From Raillietiella orientalis (taxonomy: Eukaryota), in NCBI GenBank assembly GCA_036172245.1, contig JAYWIR010000043.1:1116001-1180000 (forward strand): a stretch of 64,000 bases of DNA. The letters are read 5' to 3'. A model generated the notes under the pieces. The model saw nothing but the letters and a program-made list of their open reading frames with translations, made no database searches and was not told the origin of the DNA. Position 1 is the stretch's first letter. Every line of letters begins with the position of its first letter. Below are positions 52,150-64,000 of this stretch, one piece after another. The position numbers and the translations under genes were made by a program.

Positions 52150-54523
52150 GACTAAAAAATGATAATGACCTGCTGATACATCTTTCCGCTGAATGATACA
52201 AACAGCGTGTTTGCTAAGTGCAAGCATGGTCACTGGGGCTCTCGGCCCTCCCCGAGCCGCCGCAGCATGCCTGCAAGTGAGCTCGACAGCGCTCCCTTCT
52301 CTGAGCATGAGGAGTCCCACCAGATCTTCTCAAATGCCAAGCCTTTGCAGCTCGGCGAGAACCGTAGGTGCTGCGGCCCTACGCGAGGAGACCTCCCCTA
52401 CCTTGTAGCGCGCGAAGGGCTTGTAGCCATCTGCTACACAAGTTCCGACCTCTGAGCTATCCAGGGGGACGTTGCTGTGCGCTGTTGAAGCTGTTGCCTG
52501 ACTCCCCTCTTTCGGGGAGGTTTCGCTGCCATTAGCTTCCAGGACCCGTCTCTTGCTGATCACATTCTGCGCAACCTGTAGTCGCGGACTCCAGGAACGC
52601 GCAATTCAGCCCAGTTGAGGACACGGCCGCACGAAAGCGTTGCCCTTGGAAACCATCGGTCATCTCCAGATGGCAAGCTCCGGATTCTGAGAAGCAGCCC
52701 GAATCCGGTGCGGCCGAAGGGCAATGCTCCATTCAAATCGCGATGGAGAGAGCCTGGGTCCCGGAGATGGGTAGCCTTCTAGATGGGGGAGCGGAAAGTG
52801 GGCATGGAAGTGGCCTCGAGCGACACCTCCAAGAAGGGATGCAACTGCGAGGGTGATCTCATCGGGCAAAGGCAAGAGGAGTCCATGGACAATTTGCCGG
52901 CACCCTCCATGTCCATGTTTCAGATGCCAGAGGTCCAGGCAGGATCTTCCCCGTCATCTTCCCAGACAAACGCGTAACCTTGCCTCCTCTCGTTGCTTTC
53001 GCATCGCCTGTTGGAATGACGGAAAGAGCCGCACGGTAGCAGGGACCCTGCGCTCCTTCGACCATCTCTCTGCTCCACCAGATCTCATGGCAAGAAGTGG
53101 AGGACTCCGAGAGAAGTGCGGGGGGGGAAGAGAGGAAGCTGCATCGTCGAGATGGCACTGCATACTTGTGCGGTGCAGCCGACCGTTTTTGAAGCCAGCA
53201 GTTCAGTGTTGCGTGCGTGAGGAGCATTTCCACGGCCGAGGTGAGCGGCTTCTTCTAAGGTGGTCCAACTCCATCGACCTCGCCGCAACCAACATCTGCG
53301 CGCAAAACGACAGGGGCCAAGACACTGTTTTCCGTGACCTCAGTCGCCAGTATCTGAACATTGAGAGCCTTGGAGTCACTCAGCTGATAGTGGGCGGCTT
53401 CAATGTCCGCCTGCTGTCGGATGACAAAGGGATGCAGGTGCATCGCGTCCAGATCCACGAGCTGCATGCATCCTTGAACGCCTGCAACTTGTTAGTCTGT
53501 GAACCTGGGATGCAGAAGGCCATCGACCACGCCTGCCTCGAAGAACACCTGTGTTGTCGGGTGGGCAGTCGAGCAAGAGTGGCGTCGGTTCTCAACAACC
53601 ACCTCAGACTCGACTTTAATCTGCAGCTTCCAGGGAAGGGGCCAGCAATCAAGGCATTGAGGATATCCTGGGATTGGCTGAGGCACCCGAAGGCTACTTA
53701 AGGACGCGGCCTTCTTCGCGACTTTGCTATTCGCAGACTCGTGAATCGGGATCTGTTCGAGGTCTTCGTCTGAGAGTTTTGTGAACACTACCCACTGGCT
53801 CTCCTCTAATCTGGATTCGGAGAGGGGTAGGCAACAGCAGAGAATGTCTTCAGGCGCGCATTCTTTCTCGGCACGCCCCAGCGCGACCTTCTCCTCCAGG
53901 TACACCCCCTGTCGCTGGCGGTTTCTTCTCTTGCGCTGGAATCTTCGCCATCCAAAAGTACCCGCACGAGCCACCGCATGAATTCCTGCTAGTTGAACCT
54001 CTCTCAGGAGAGTTGGCACTGAAAACACGTCCGTTCAGTAACACGGCACCGGCTCCGTTGAACTTGTGGAAGTGTGGCTCCGTACTGCGCCAAGTGCAGA
54101 GGAGTCCCTGCACCTGTTAACTGGATGTGTTATCCCCCGTAGCGGGTGGGGACATTCTTCCACATCTCTACAAGCTCCCGAAGAGCAATCCACAGAACTT
54201 TTAAAAGCCGTTCTTCATGAGGAGCGGGACGTCGCCTGCCGCGGCGATTGCAGCCCGCTGCTACTTCCGTGGCCATACTGCTGGCCCGAAGGTACTCCGG
54301 AAGGGAGCAGAGAACAGCAAGGACGCCTTCTCGATCGTCATTTTCTTGTTGAGTATCGGGACGAGGTCGCCGTTCTTGAGTCACAAGGAGGAGCTGGCCA
54401 GCAGGCTGGAGAGGATGCAGAGCTATCCAGGGAATCGACTGTGATCTCATACCTTGCATCCTCCCTACATTTTGCTAAACAATTGCTTCTTTGTGTGCGC
54501 TTATTATTATTATTATTATTATT
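52150..54523 (+). mobile_element. Internally deleted L1/Tx1-like element: AP endonuclease, C-terminal zinc knuckle, (TTA)n tail
   Basis: ORF 52853-53701 has RIACWN, NICAQND (NxYAPN), IVGGFN (GGDFN), IDH and NNH (SDH); EESLHLLTGC knuckle at about 54100; (TTA)7 at 54501-54523. Confidence 0.7.
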
Positions 54524-55599
54524 TACTCCCCCTCCAATCATTCCCCGCGCGGATCTCTCTTGGCAGCCTGCTGGCGAGCAGACGCGTCCTGGACTCCGAA
54601 AGAAGTAGCGGAAGTTGTAATCCCACTACGAATGTATGAGTTTGCACATTTCTCTCTTTTTACAAGAAACGCTCCGACGTGTCCTGGTGTAAACAAAAAT
54701 CACAAAAATGCTCGAAACTAAGGTTCAGCAAGACACCAAAGTACCCATCTAGCGGCAGATACATTTAAGGATCAACCTGCTTCTCCTTACAGACCTTGAG
54801 TTTCCTACCTTATCCACAGAAAGCTCATCAAACAACAAGCATACCGTCCACTAAAAAAAAAAACACGCCAAAGAACCATGGAATGGAGACTAGAAAACCT
54901 GACGAACCGAGACGGAAACTTGAACTTTTGTCCTGGGCCACCCATTTTGACAACTTCATTTTAGCACAAGTATTATTCTTATCCGAAAACCCAAAAGAAA
55001 ACGAAAAAATCAAGATAAAAAATTCATCTGCTAAACCCACACTCGCAAAAAAATACTCATAGAACTATGAAGACAACGCCATAGTTGGATATCACATACG
55101 AAAGAAGTTATTATGCACACCACTCCTGCTATCCTATTCTTCCTAGTGATCTGTAAGCCAAATCTTCGGTTTATCCCAGTACTCCTCAAAGTGCTCCATA
55201 TTATAAAGAAATGCTCTTCCTATTACATATCTCTCATTTAATAGCAACCTTTTTTCTAGGATGTGTGCTAGTCGAGGTCAAGTATCATTCCGTATCATAG
55301 TCGTCATCGATCAGTTTTTCCTGGCATCTCTCATTGGTTATCACATCACATTACCTCGTCACTCGAATGAGCAAACTTCATGCCTAACTCAATTGGTAAT
55401 CTATCCTTGTCCTTTGCCGGATTGATGACTATCATTAGAACGCATTTTTCACTTCCTTCACATTAATAGCTCCGTTAACCCTTTTAGGAATGAAAGGCTT
55501 TGGTTCCTAAAAGATAATCCCAGAAGAATCTTATGTAGCCTATTCTTCTTACTCATATGTTCAATAAGACTAGTACTACTTAAGCTTTTCTTTTTCTAC

Positions 55600-57800
55600 A
55601 CTAGTACACCCTTCCCATACATAGTTCTTTAAGAACAAAGCTTCCTTTTTTCAAATCCACCTATTCCATTAACTAGCGTCCAGCCAGAGTGACACTTTCG
55701 ATTCGAAGATTCATTCATAATAATTCTCCTTATTAAAATCCTAATTCTCTCCAGCATACATTTTTCGGGCTACCATACTTTCATCTTCCAGATAGCTTGC
55801 CATAAATAACACCCCGTCCACCCATCAACGTCCCTTAATCTCCAAGAGCTAATGTGACCTTCAGGAACACTCTTGATCAACTTATGGCTCAGACACATAT
55901 ACCTAATAGACAGCATACCACATAACAAACAACAAAAACTCAGACACGTGCGCAAGAAAGTACGATAAGAAAATCGCATACTTTCGAAAGGATTCTTCAA
56001 TCTCTCTGAGTCTCCCCCGTGAATAACCGATTGCCAACGAATCTCCCATAAACAATAAATCCGTGTTTGCACAGACGTATGTGTTCCCCACTAACGTAAA
56101 ATTGCAACTCAACACCGACTCCCTTCCAAAAAGCCAGAAGGAAATGGACTGGCCTCCACCAGACACATCACAATCCCCCAACATTCTTGCTATCCTGCAA
56201 AACATCAATCGTAATCCTTAATCACCTTCTAATCGTAATTTATAGCCCCTACAAACACTTTGGATGCAACAACCACAACGAATACATGAACCTCATAGGA
56301 AACTCCCCCAAATGCAGTTTCGCATCAAATATACCCATTCATCCTGCATCCATTGCTCATCTCTACATCAGCACGCCAAACGTCTTTCCCATCACGGAGC
56401 TTCAAAGAACATTTGCTTTACTTCACAGATTTAGTTGATCCAAAAGTTCCCACTCAAGCAACGTCCTACGACCCTGGCACAACCCTCTTCACGAGATAAA
56501 TCTTGAAAGCAAAAAGAGCCAAAAGTTCTTCCCTAACCTTTGAGATGGGAACCAGCCCGACTCAAGCCATTCAAACTCGAATCGTAGAATTTCCAGCTGA
56601 AGGCATGCTAATCCAAATATTCTCCCGCTTATTCCACCACGCAAAATTAAATTCAATCGAACTTTGAGCAAGAAAACACTGTCATTTCAAAAACAATTTT
56701 TTTCCTCGTTTTGGGATCACATTCTAATTCATTATGCAGAGAGGCTTGGTGATCATGCACCCCAGACGGCATTTCTCAGCTGCTCCAAATCACCACCACC
56801 CTTTCTCCGAGAATGCAGCAACACATATTTCCGAAGGATCTTCTCGTCCCTTAAATTGATGCAGCCTTCAGACCGCAACATTGCCTTCAGCATCACAAAG
56901 GAAGACGACGCCTTCACCAAACACATTCTCATGCAAATGCATAAAAATCCACGACACTCGAACCGAGTGCCAGCTCCAGATTGCCGGTTCGATTTTCCGT
57001 TGAGTGAGAGCGAGATGACTCAACCCTTTGACTTGGAAATCGTCCCTTGAATCCTTTCGCATTGGATCCATGCTCCTATCTTAATCAAGTGATCAAAAGC
57101 TTGAACCCGCCGGCAGCTTGAAGATGCACCATTTGCAGGAATCTGGTGACGAATGAAGCATGAAAAATATATCCACTGCCTTTCGACTAACGGACAAATA
57201 AACCTCAGTGCTTGGATCGATTTTAGAAATATCATTTAGCTCATTGCGACAGGTCCCGAATCCTTCCTGTGGAGCTGCAGCATCTTCTAGAAAAAGTTCA
57301 TTCTAAACTTAAGCTCCTTATTCTACCGGAATCGCAAAGGAAACATGATTCCGTGGATGCTGAAGACGTGATACTTTATTGCAGAACTCATCGTTCCTGG
57401 TTCGCCTTAATCGCAACTTGGGATGGTTGCAGGGATTTCTCTGCTGCTTTCCCTTGTTGATGATGATTTCCGGGAACGCACAGGCATCTGGCATGCAAAG
57501 TAAAGATCCTGGCGCGTTACTCCGAAGTCGGAGGAATCGAAGTTCCCCGGTCATGCTTCCCTTCTCATCGAGACTAAAAGGAGGATGTCGACTGTGGCAA
57601 GAGATTCATTCCCTAGAAAGACGATTTTTCCCTCATTTTCGCAGGCCGTTGTGATGGTTTGCTGGACTTCTGGTCGCCGAAAAAGGGAAACAAATCCCGT
57701 TGTACTTCTACCGCTTGCTTGTCGCGTCCCCTCCCTCCCGACGAACTGACCATCCTGCGATACAGCACAACTTGCAGTATAAACGGAAGTCGCTCACGGT
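55600..57800 (-). mobile_element. Degenerate L1-clade element (RT and zf-RVT-like region)
   Basis: QAFDHL..G.WI (KAFD..WI), FQVKGL (FxxxRGLRQG), FGLACL...WL (GLGL..WL), LWQAIWKMKV (WxxIWK of zf-RVT). Confidence 0.45.
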
Positions 57801-58255
57801 GAATTTTCACTATGTACTTTCAGAGCGTGGGAGTGACTCACGCATAAGCGAGCTTCATGGGGACATCTTTCCCGTTTCAAGGAAGTCCCCGGAACTGCGT
57901 CCGTTCCCTGGAACCCAAATTCCCGTCCATCGGCTGTACGCGTTCACCAGGAGCGCTTAGCTGTATCGTTTCATACAGGTAGAATCGTCTGTGCTTTGTA
58001 AAAAAAAAAAAAGAAAAGTGATGTAAAGCAGGTATAATAAAGGGGATTTGCTAAGAATCTGCTTGTGGTGCCTTCGCTTTGCATCAGGTCCATCTCCGTC
58101 TCCTAAACCTAAAAGTGAAAATCTTTCGTGTCCACTTTTATTTTTCGCGAAACCGCACAGTGACCGTTTCATCAAATACACCGTCGCTGAATCACCCAAA
58201 GCCATGAATGTATTTACTCGAAACAGATACTTTAGCGAAGCAACGTCGATGTAGA

Positions 58256-60817
58256 TCAAGTTGCCGGCAGCACTGAATTCATTTCCTGGAAGACAGCATT
58301 CAGTCTATTGTGATAGTTTTGGATTTCCCGAGTGACCTCGTCGATGGCCAGCAGAGTCGTTTCAATGTAGATTTTCTGTAAGCTGCCGTGGAGTTTGTCG
58401 TATTCTTCTCGCAATTTTGCGAAGCTGTTTTGGAAGTCTGTCATTATGGACATCAAGGAAGAGTCGAAATTTTGCTTGAATTCGAACGTCACATTCCGTC
58501 CGGCATGCTTCGCTTCCACGTCGTTGCTGTTTGCTTCAAAAGAGCTCTTCGTGTCCTTAAATGTTTCCTCGGTACGGGAAGCTTTTATGGCTATGCTGCT
58601 TAACTTCACGACCGACGAGTGCGAACTGTATTCTTTCATCGACTTTTGCTTCAGGAATTTGGTCTTATCCTTCTTCTCCATGAAGTTCTTCACTGCAATT
58701 TGCTTTAGTGATGCGACTAGACTTGGGGCAAAATGAAGGTTGCTGTCGATTGTGAGTTTGGCACGCCTGGTATCAAAATGTTTGCTCTGGACCTGCTTTT
58801 TAAATACTTTGGATTTCACATTAGGGAAAAACTGGATGACATTCATTTTTTCGAATACGAAAATTTTCTCCCTCAGAAAAGAAAGACAAGGTGAAGTGCA
58901 CATTATTATTAATTCCACTTGGGTCATCATTAGAACCATAGATTTCAACCACAGGATGTGGCCCTGCTTCATCAGTTCCTGAATGTCATACAAAGGAATG
59001 CCGACCATCATATTGATTATAATTATGTGAACGCTAATGATAAAAAATACAAAAAGTATGCACATACAAATTCTGAAAGGAATTTGAGGATGGATGAATA
59101 GATGGTTGATTTCAATTTCCCCCATAAACATGGCCATCACTCTCAAAAAGTGCAGGCTAAGAGATCTGCGGTCCTCTTTCTCATCCGGCGTAAGCAATAT
59201 GAATTGACCGCATGCGATTCCAATTAAAATCCAAGAGTACACCACCGTTATCTTACACATTGTGATGGCGACTTTTCTGAACAGCATGACGTAAAAATTT
59301 GCTTTAGGTATCCGACCTAGGAGGTAGACGAATTTGAAGGATATGATGATCACCATCATAGCGCAGATGTTCGTTTCCCACACTTGTCTAGAAGCATACC
59401 TTGGAATCAAGAAAGGTATGCTCATTATTAAAATGAAATCCAGTAAAAGCTCCAAGTTTAGCAGCTTCACCTTATAGCTGAAAACAATTTTCAGTATCTC
59501 AATGATTAGCACTACTATGGAGAGAACGAATAGGATAACCCAACATGAATACATAGTGTTCATCTTGCCTACGTCTCTTTTTTTCCAGATCAAATGAGCA
59601 GCGCCGATGTCCAGTTCCCGGAACGAGAGGAAAATGTACAGATAAAAGCAGTAAAAAATCAGGAAAATACAAGACACAGCCACCAGAGAATAGATATATG
59701 CATTAAGACATGACCACTTCATTCTTATGAAAGTCAAGCAAACGGGATGCAAAAGCATGTAAGGGCATTCATTTTTGATGTGGTTCATGATAAACAATTC
59801 AGCATCATATATGAATATCCTCGGATGGGAGTCTTTTGTGTACACCAGTAAAGACCCGAAATCAACCTCCATAACGAAATTTTCGCTATCTGGGTCAATC
59901 AGTGAGGTCTCTCTGTTGCTCTTCGTATAATTCGATCCTCTTATTGCCTTATCGAGCGCGTTATGAAGTAAGTTAGGTAAATTGCTTGCCATCAGATAAA
60001 TAGAAAGTGAATCCACCAAGGCTCCTGCTTGAAGAAGTATATCAGCGGTTGTCGAATGACCATATTTTATGGCTAGATGGAATGGCGATAGGTAGCTGTC
60101 CGAAATACGTGGATCACCAAATACGTACACTTTTTCGTGTATCAAATTCATGGTCTTCTTAGATGGGCCGTAAGCATTTGCGTTCACATTGGCACCTTTC
60201 TGCAGCAAAAGAATCACAACTTCGCTGTGACCTTCTTTCGATGCCAAGTGCAGAGGAGTTTGACGGTGATCGTCTTCACTCTCTATAGCAGCTCCTGACA
60301 TGATCAGTAACTTCACTAAATCAATGTAACCCAAACTCGCAGCATAATGCAGTGCCGTCCGTCTCCTGGAGTCCAAGCCGTCAACTTCAAAGCTTTCTAG
60401 AAGGAAATGAATCGTATTCTTCCCCAAGTTCATTAAAACAGCTTTGTGCAGGAGGGACTTCTCCAAGGAGTCGGCATCGTCGCTGAGTATCTTGTAACTC
60501 ATTTCAATTATTGTTCTGACTCCTTCTTTCCAGTCTTTCAGCACCACTTCTTGCAGCATGGTCTTCCCACTATCCATGGGAATGTCGAACAAGGCCATCA
60601 GCAAGACTTGCTTGCTAACCACCTGCATGCTGAGTTTCAGATTTCCGACGTCACGTGTTTGGATGGACTCGTGCATGGCCGAGACGAGGAACTTCTCGTC
60701 AGCATTGAGAAACTTCTTCGAGATACGTGTTGTCAAAATGGAGGCTTCGTTCCTGCTGTACACAGTGGAAGTGCTCAGAAGCATATCTCTATTAGAAGGC
60801 GCGTTGGTTTGGAGCAT
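58256..60817 (-). CDS. TRPA-family (pyrexia/water witch-like) ankyrin-repeat cation channel, 853 aa, single exon
   Basis: Uninterrupted ORF; ankyrin repeats TALHYAA, TPLHLAS, SPFHLAI; LLHPVCLTFIRMKW pre-S1 motif; six hydrophobic segments with pore RVMAMFMGEIE; S6 IIIINMMVGIPLYDIQEL; C-terminal coiled coil. Confidence 0.92.
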   Translation of the reverse strand: MLQTNAPSNRDMLLSTSTVYSRNEASILTTRISKKFLNADEKFLVSAMHESIQTRDVGNLKLSMQVVSKQVLLMALFDIPMDSGKTMLQEVVLKDWKEGVRTIIEMSYKILSDDADSLEKSLLHKAVLMNLGKNTIHFLLESFEVDGLDSRRRTALHYAASLGYIDLVKLLIMSGAAIESEDDHRQTPLHLASKEGHSEVVILLLQKGANVNANAYGPSKKTMNLIHEKVYVFGDPRISDSYLSPFHLAIKYGHSTTADILLQAGALVDSLSIYLMASNLPNLLHNALDKAIRGSNYTKSNRETSLIDPDSENFVMEVDFGSLLVYTKDSHPRIFIYDAELFIMNHIKNECPYMLLHPVCLTFIRMKWSCLNAYIYSLVAVSCIFLIFYCFYLYIFLSFRELDIGAAHLIWKKRDVGKMNTMYSCWVILFVLSIVVLIIEILKIVFSYKVKLLNLELLLDFILIMSIPFLIPRYASRQVWETNICAMMVIIISFKFVYLLGRIPKANFYVMLFRKVAITMCKITVVYSWILIGIACGQFILLTPDEKEDRRSLSLHFLRVMAMFMGEIEINHLFIHPQIPFRICMCILFVFFIISVHIIIINMMVGIPLYDIQELMKQGHILWLKSMVLMMTQVELIIMCTSPCLSFLREKIFVFEKMNVIQFFPNVKSKVFKKQVQSKHFDTRRAKLTIDSNLHFAPSLVASLKQIAVKNFMEKKDKTKFLKQKSMKEYSSHSSVVKLSSIAIKASRTEETFKDTKSSFEANSNDVEAKHAGRNVTFEFKQNFDSSLMSIMTDFQNSFAKLREEYDKLHGSLQKIYIETTLLAIDEVTREIQNYHNRLNAVFQEMNSVLPAT

Positions 60818-62475
60818 GGCTAATCAGTCGCTCTCTGCTTCCGGGTTTTGTCCCGATCTCCTGTGTGTCTGTCTGTCTTTCCGAAGAGCACAAGCCCGGC
60901 ACCACGCAATGCACCTCTGTGCCCGGGAGAGTCCGTTCTTTCCACAGTTTGCAGAGCACTTTTTGCCCACTCGCAATCCGATCCTCAACTTGCTCGAACG
61001 GTGAGCGCAAGTTCTGCGGCGAAAGTGAAAGTGAAGGGGGGGGGGGGGGAAGGAGGAGAAAAGCATTTTCCGCATTGTTATCGATTAAGCCGGCGGAGCG
61101 AAGCTGCCCCTTTCGCCCACGCCTGTGTCAATTGGGAAACAGAGAGAAAAAAAAAAAAAAAAGTTGTACAAAAAATTCGTACAGCAAGGTCTATTTCCCA
61201 TGGCAAAAAGACAACTGAATTTTAAGATGTGCACATATTTTGTTGCGAATTGTGAGAATAATTGTTATGAGAACTCCTATTCCAACGTAACCCGCAATAG
61301 CGATAATTGTTGCAAAATTATTGTTTCTAACAAATTTCATTTCAATACAGTGCTTATCAGAAATCCATATAAATCTGTGTGGTAGTCTGATTGTGCTTTT
61401 CATAAACTTTAATGTTGCCACAATCAACAATCAGAGCATATGAAATCCATGTACATCAGTACAATCATTCACTTTAAGCTCATCTTCATGGAAATATCAT
61501 AGATGCCTTTGCAATACAGCCTTTTTAAATACAACATAATCTATGTTGTGATATGACCATTCTCATGAACAGCCTCTTGAAAAATTTATGTAATTTTATT
61601 CTGTATTGTAATTTCATAGCCTTTGGCACATTTCTACTAATACACAGACTGCATGCTTGTTGTTATCAGTCTGGGAAGCCAGCTTTTGATTCATTTTAAA
61701 ACATGTTCCTTTGAAACTAGTGCAAAAAACAATAGCCATTATGATCAAAAGCCTAAATCTACAAATGCAATCCTTTGTACATCTAATTATTCTTCTATGC
61801 CCATAAAACTAATCATGGAGTAATACATTAAGTTTTCCTGACAAAAAAGTGATGATTTTTCCTTCCACTGTTACCAAAGGTACTTCATTTGTACTATCAG
61901 TTGCCACTTTCTTATACAGGTAATGAAGAATGCATGTTCTATAGAGAAAATTCATACTGAAAAACATCCTTGCCAAGTTGACAACAGAGAAAGATCATTA
62001 AAAGGCTTCATTTCACATACTTGAACCCTAATTATCATATCACAGCGTTAATATTTCACACGTTAACCTTCAGCATCAATCACTTAAAACGCGCAAATGA
62101 TATCAAGATAAAAAAATGCCTTTTTTGTATTCTTAAAAAAATTATCAGCTTAAATGCTGAATGAAAAGTTTCGTATTCATGAATACGTTACCACTTAGAA
62201 ATCTTTGCTAAGGCATTTTATTGCACCCAATACATTTCAGAGATTAGCAACCAACTTTCATAATTCGTAAAAAAATCAAACTAGCTTTAAAAATTGAGAA
62301 ATCTGGCAGCTTTAAAATCTGGAGCCGGAATGAACACCACGGAATTCCATGGGTAATCTCGGAATAAATTATCCATTCTACATTCAATAAGCATCCATGT
62401 TTCTATTATAAAAACCATTTTTTATTAATTGGCTAGTGATTTTGTATTTCATACATAAGATTTTGAAAGCAATGA

Positions 62476-64000
62476 TTATTTACAATTTTTTAGGGAGAGA
62501 ATTTCATTTAAAAGAAATCTGTTATCATTCATAGTATTGCTGAACTCATAACATAATTGAAAGACTTCTTCAATACTGAAAAACAATGAAAAATTGTACA
62601 AAGGAAAATCTCCTACCTTTTCAAACTAAAAGCAACATTTGATGGGGCATTTTCCTTGAAAGTAAAAGATGAGTTAGCAGACAGGTTGACCTGCTCATCC
62701 TTGAACAGACACTGTTGGTAATGATTAACAGATGCAATGTGCTGTTGAATCACATTTTGAAGACAATACAGTTCTTCTTTCAGTAAAGTTACTTGCACAT
62801 GGCTTGCTTGATATAATCTAGGGCAAAATAAAGAAATTGTTCTAGAAATTCTAGAAGTTTTTACTTGCACCAATCTGTGAATGATTCAGTCAACAAATAC
62901 ATCCTAGGGCATGTTTCCTTGTTTAAGAGACTGTGTAAAACACCAACAGTTTCTTGGAGTTTAATTTTTTCTAATTTATGAAACTGCTCATCACATGGGC
63001 TAAGAGCTATAAGACACAATCATGCAAATCTTGATCAAATACTCACTTCTTGCAGCTTTATCTCTTAGCAAATGCTGCCAAGAATCTCGTATTCTTTGAT
63101 TGTAGAATTTTGCTTTGGAATTCATTTTTGAAAGGTCTTTCATGTTTACCTTAGCATCATCCCATTCATGCAACAAAAATTTATTTATTACAATTTTCTT
63201 CTGTAGCTGATATGCATTGACATAAAGCTGTCAGAATGAAACTAGTTCGATATTTGTGACATGAAAATACAACCTTTCTGTATCTTTCTTCTTGCTGAAC
63301 TATATTAATGTCGTACTGGTCATTTCCAGTTCTCATACATGATGATGATAAAGGTGCAGAGTGTTCCAATGCTGCAAGAAGTTGCATCTGTGGCAATATG
63401 CTTTTACAGATTTCTAAAGCATGCTCGATATCTTTGAGGCGTTGTTCTAATTCTTGAGAAAGCACAAAACTATTGATTCATGCTACTCATACAAAAAATT
63501 TATGAGACTGACTTCAAAGCATGAACAGCACTCTGGGTTAGATTAGCACATTGAGACAAAAGGTCTATTTTCCTGCAGAGCATGTACGAGAGAATACAAA
63601 TATTCTTGGCAACAAGTGCATCTTTTTCCAATGCAAGTTGTGTTGGTAATGAAGGAAATTCCGCTAAGATACATCATTAGCAGCTATCTAATAAACACAA
63701 ATAACATACGAATGTTAAGTTCCAAACTCAGGCTCACTTTGAAATCTAAATTGTTAAAAAGAAGAAATGTTTTCAACTCTGTTGCATCAGTAGCTTTGAC
63801 CAAGTAACTGCTGCAATCAGCAGCATGCACAATTTGATTGTTGAGAATAAGCATTTGATTTTCTTCTGGAACAGAACTTTGTTCTGCCACCAGACTTGGC
63901 AGTGTTTGGGACCTGCATCTATGTACTTATTCTAAGCACTTCCACTTACTTATCAGCAGCATCATGATATACATGAAATAACTTCATATGAGGAACACAA
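62476..64000 (-). CDS. TBK1: TBK1/IKK-epsilon (ik2)-like kinase, 3' part (ubiquitin-like domain, scaffold domain, C-terminal helix); kinase domain lies beyond the window
   Basis: Spliced frame gives ULD-like KLFHVYH..SLVAEQSSVPEENQMLI, then PEFPSLPTQLALEKDALVAK..CRKIDLLS and DEQFHKLEKIKL, which match arthropod ik2/TBK1; last exon 62575-62476. Introns include 63913-63949, 63470-63512 and 62576-62616. Confidence 0.85.

Noticed and set aside
62142..62160. TTATCAGCTTAAATGCTGA as a fourth U2 fragment
   Set aside because: Only 12 contiguous matches in AT-rich DNA; too weak without a statistical test.

Overview
Eukaryotic, most likely non-insect arthropod, genomic DNA. It alternates between two compartments. 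(1) AT-rich, CpG-poor host genes with very short GT-AG introns (mostly 37-55 nt): triosephosphate isomerase (2868-4318 +), a stand-alone Su(var)3-9/SUV39H H3K9 methyltransferase (about 20054-22278 +), a 130-aa protein I cannot name (43804-44521 -), Nup58 (48021-50147 -) and the 3' part of a TBK1/IKK-epsilon (ik2) kinase (62476->64000 -). An intronless, CpG-rich TRPA-family ankyrin channel lies at 58256-60817 (-). (2) Mostly GC- and CpG-rich blocks of heavily decayed, deletion-shrunken transposon relics from many superfamilies (L1/Tx1, Gypsy, hAT, PIF/Harbinger, piggyBac, NeSL/Utopia-like, DIRS); the largest block runs about 23.5-42.3 kb. Most short ORFs in the track are noise from these relics. 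The most unusual signal is three separate U2 snRNA fragments (6469-6488 +, 34775-34810 +, 38025-38054 -), each patched into a different dead transposon, in a window that also holds a Utopia-like element (a family known to target U2 genes). Transposon calls rest on degenerate motifs recognised by eye and their boundaries are approximate; no searches were run.
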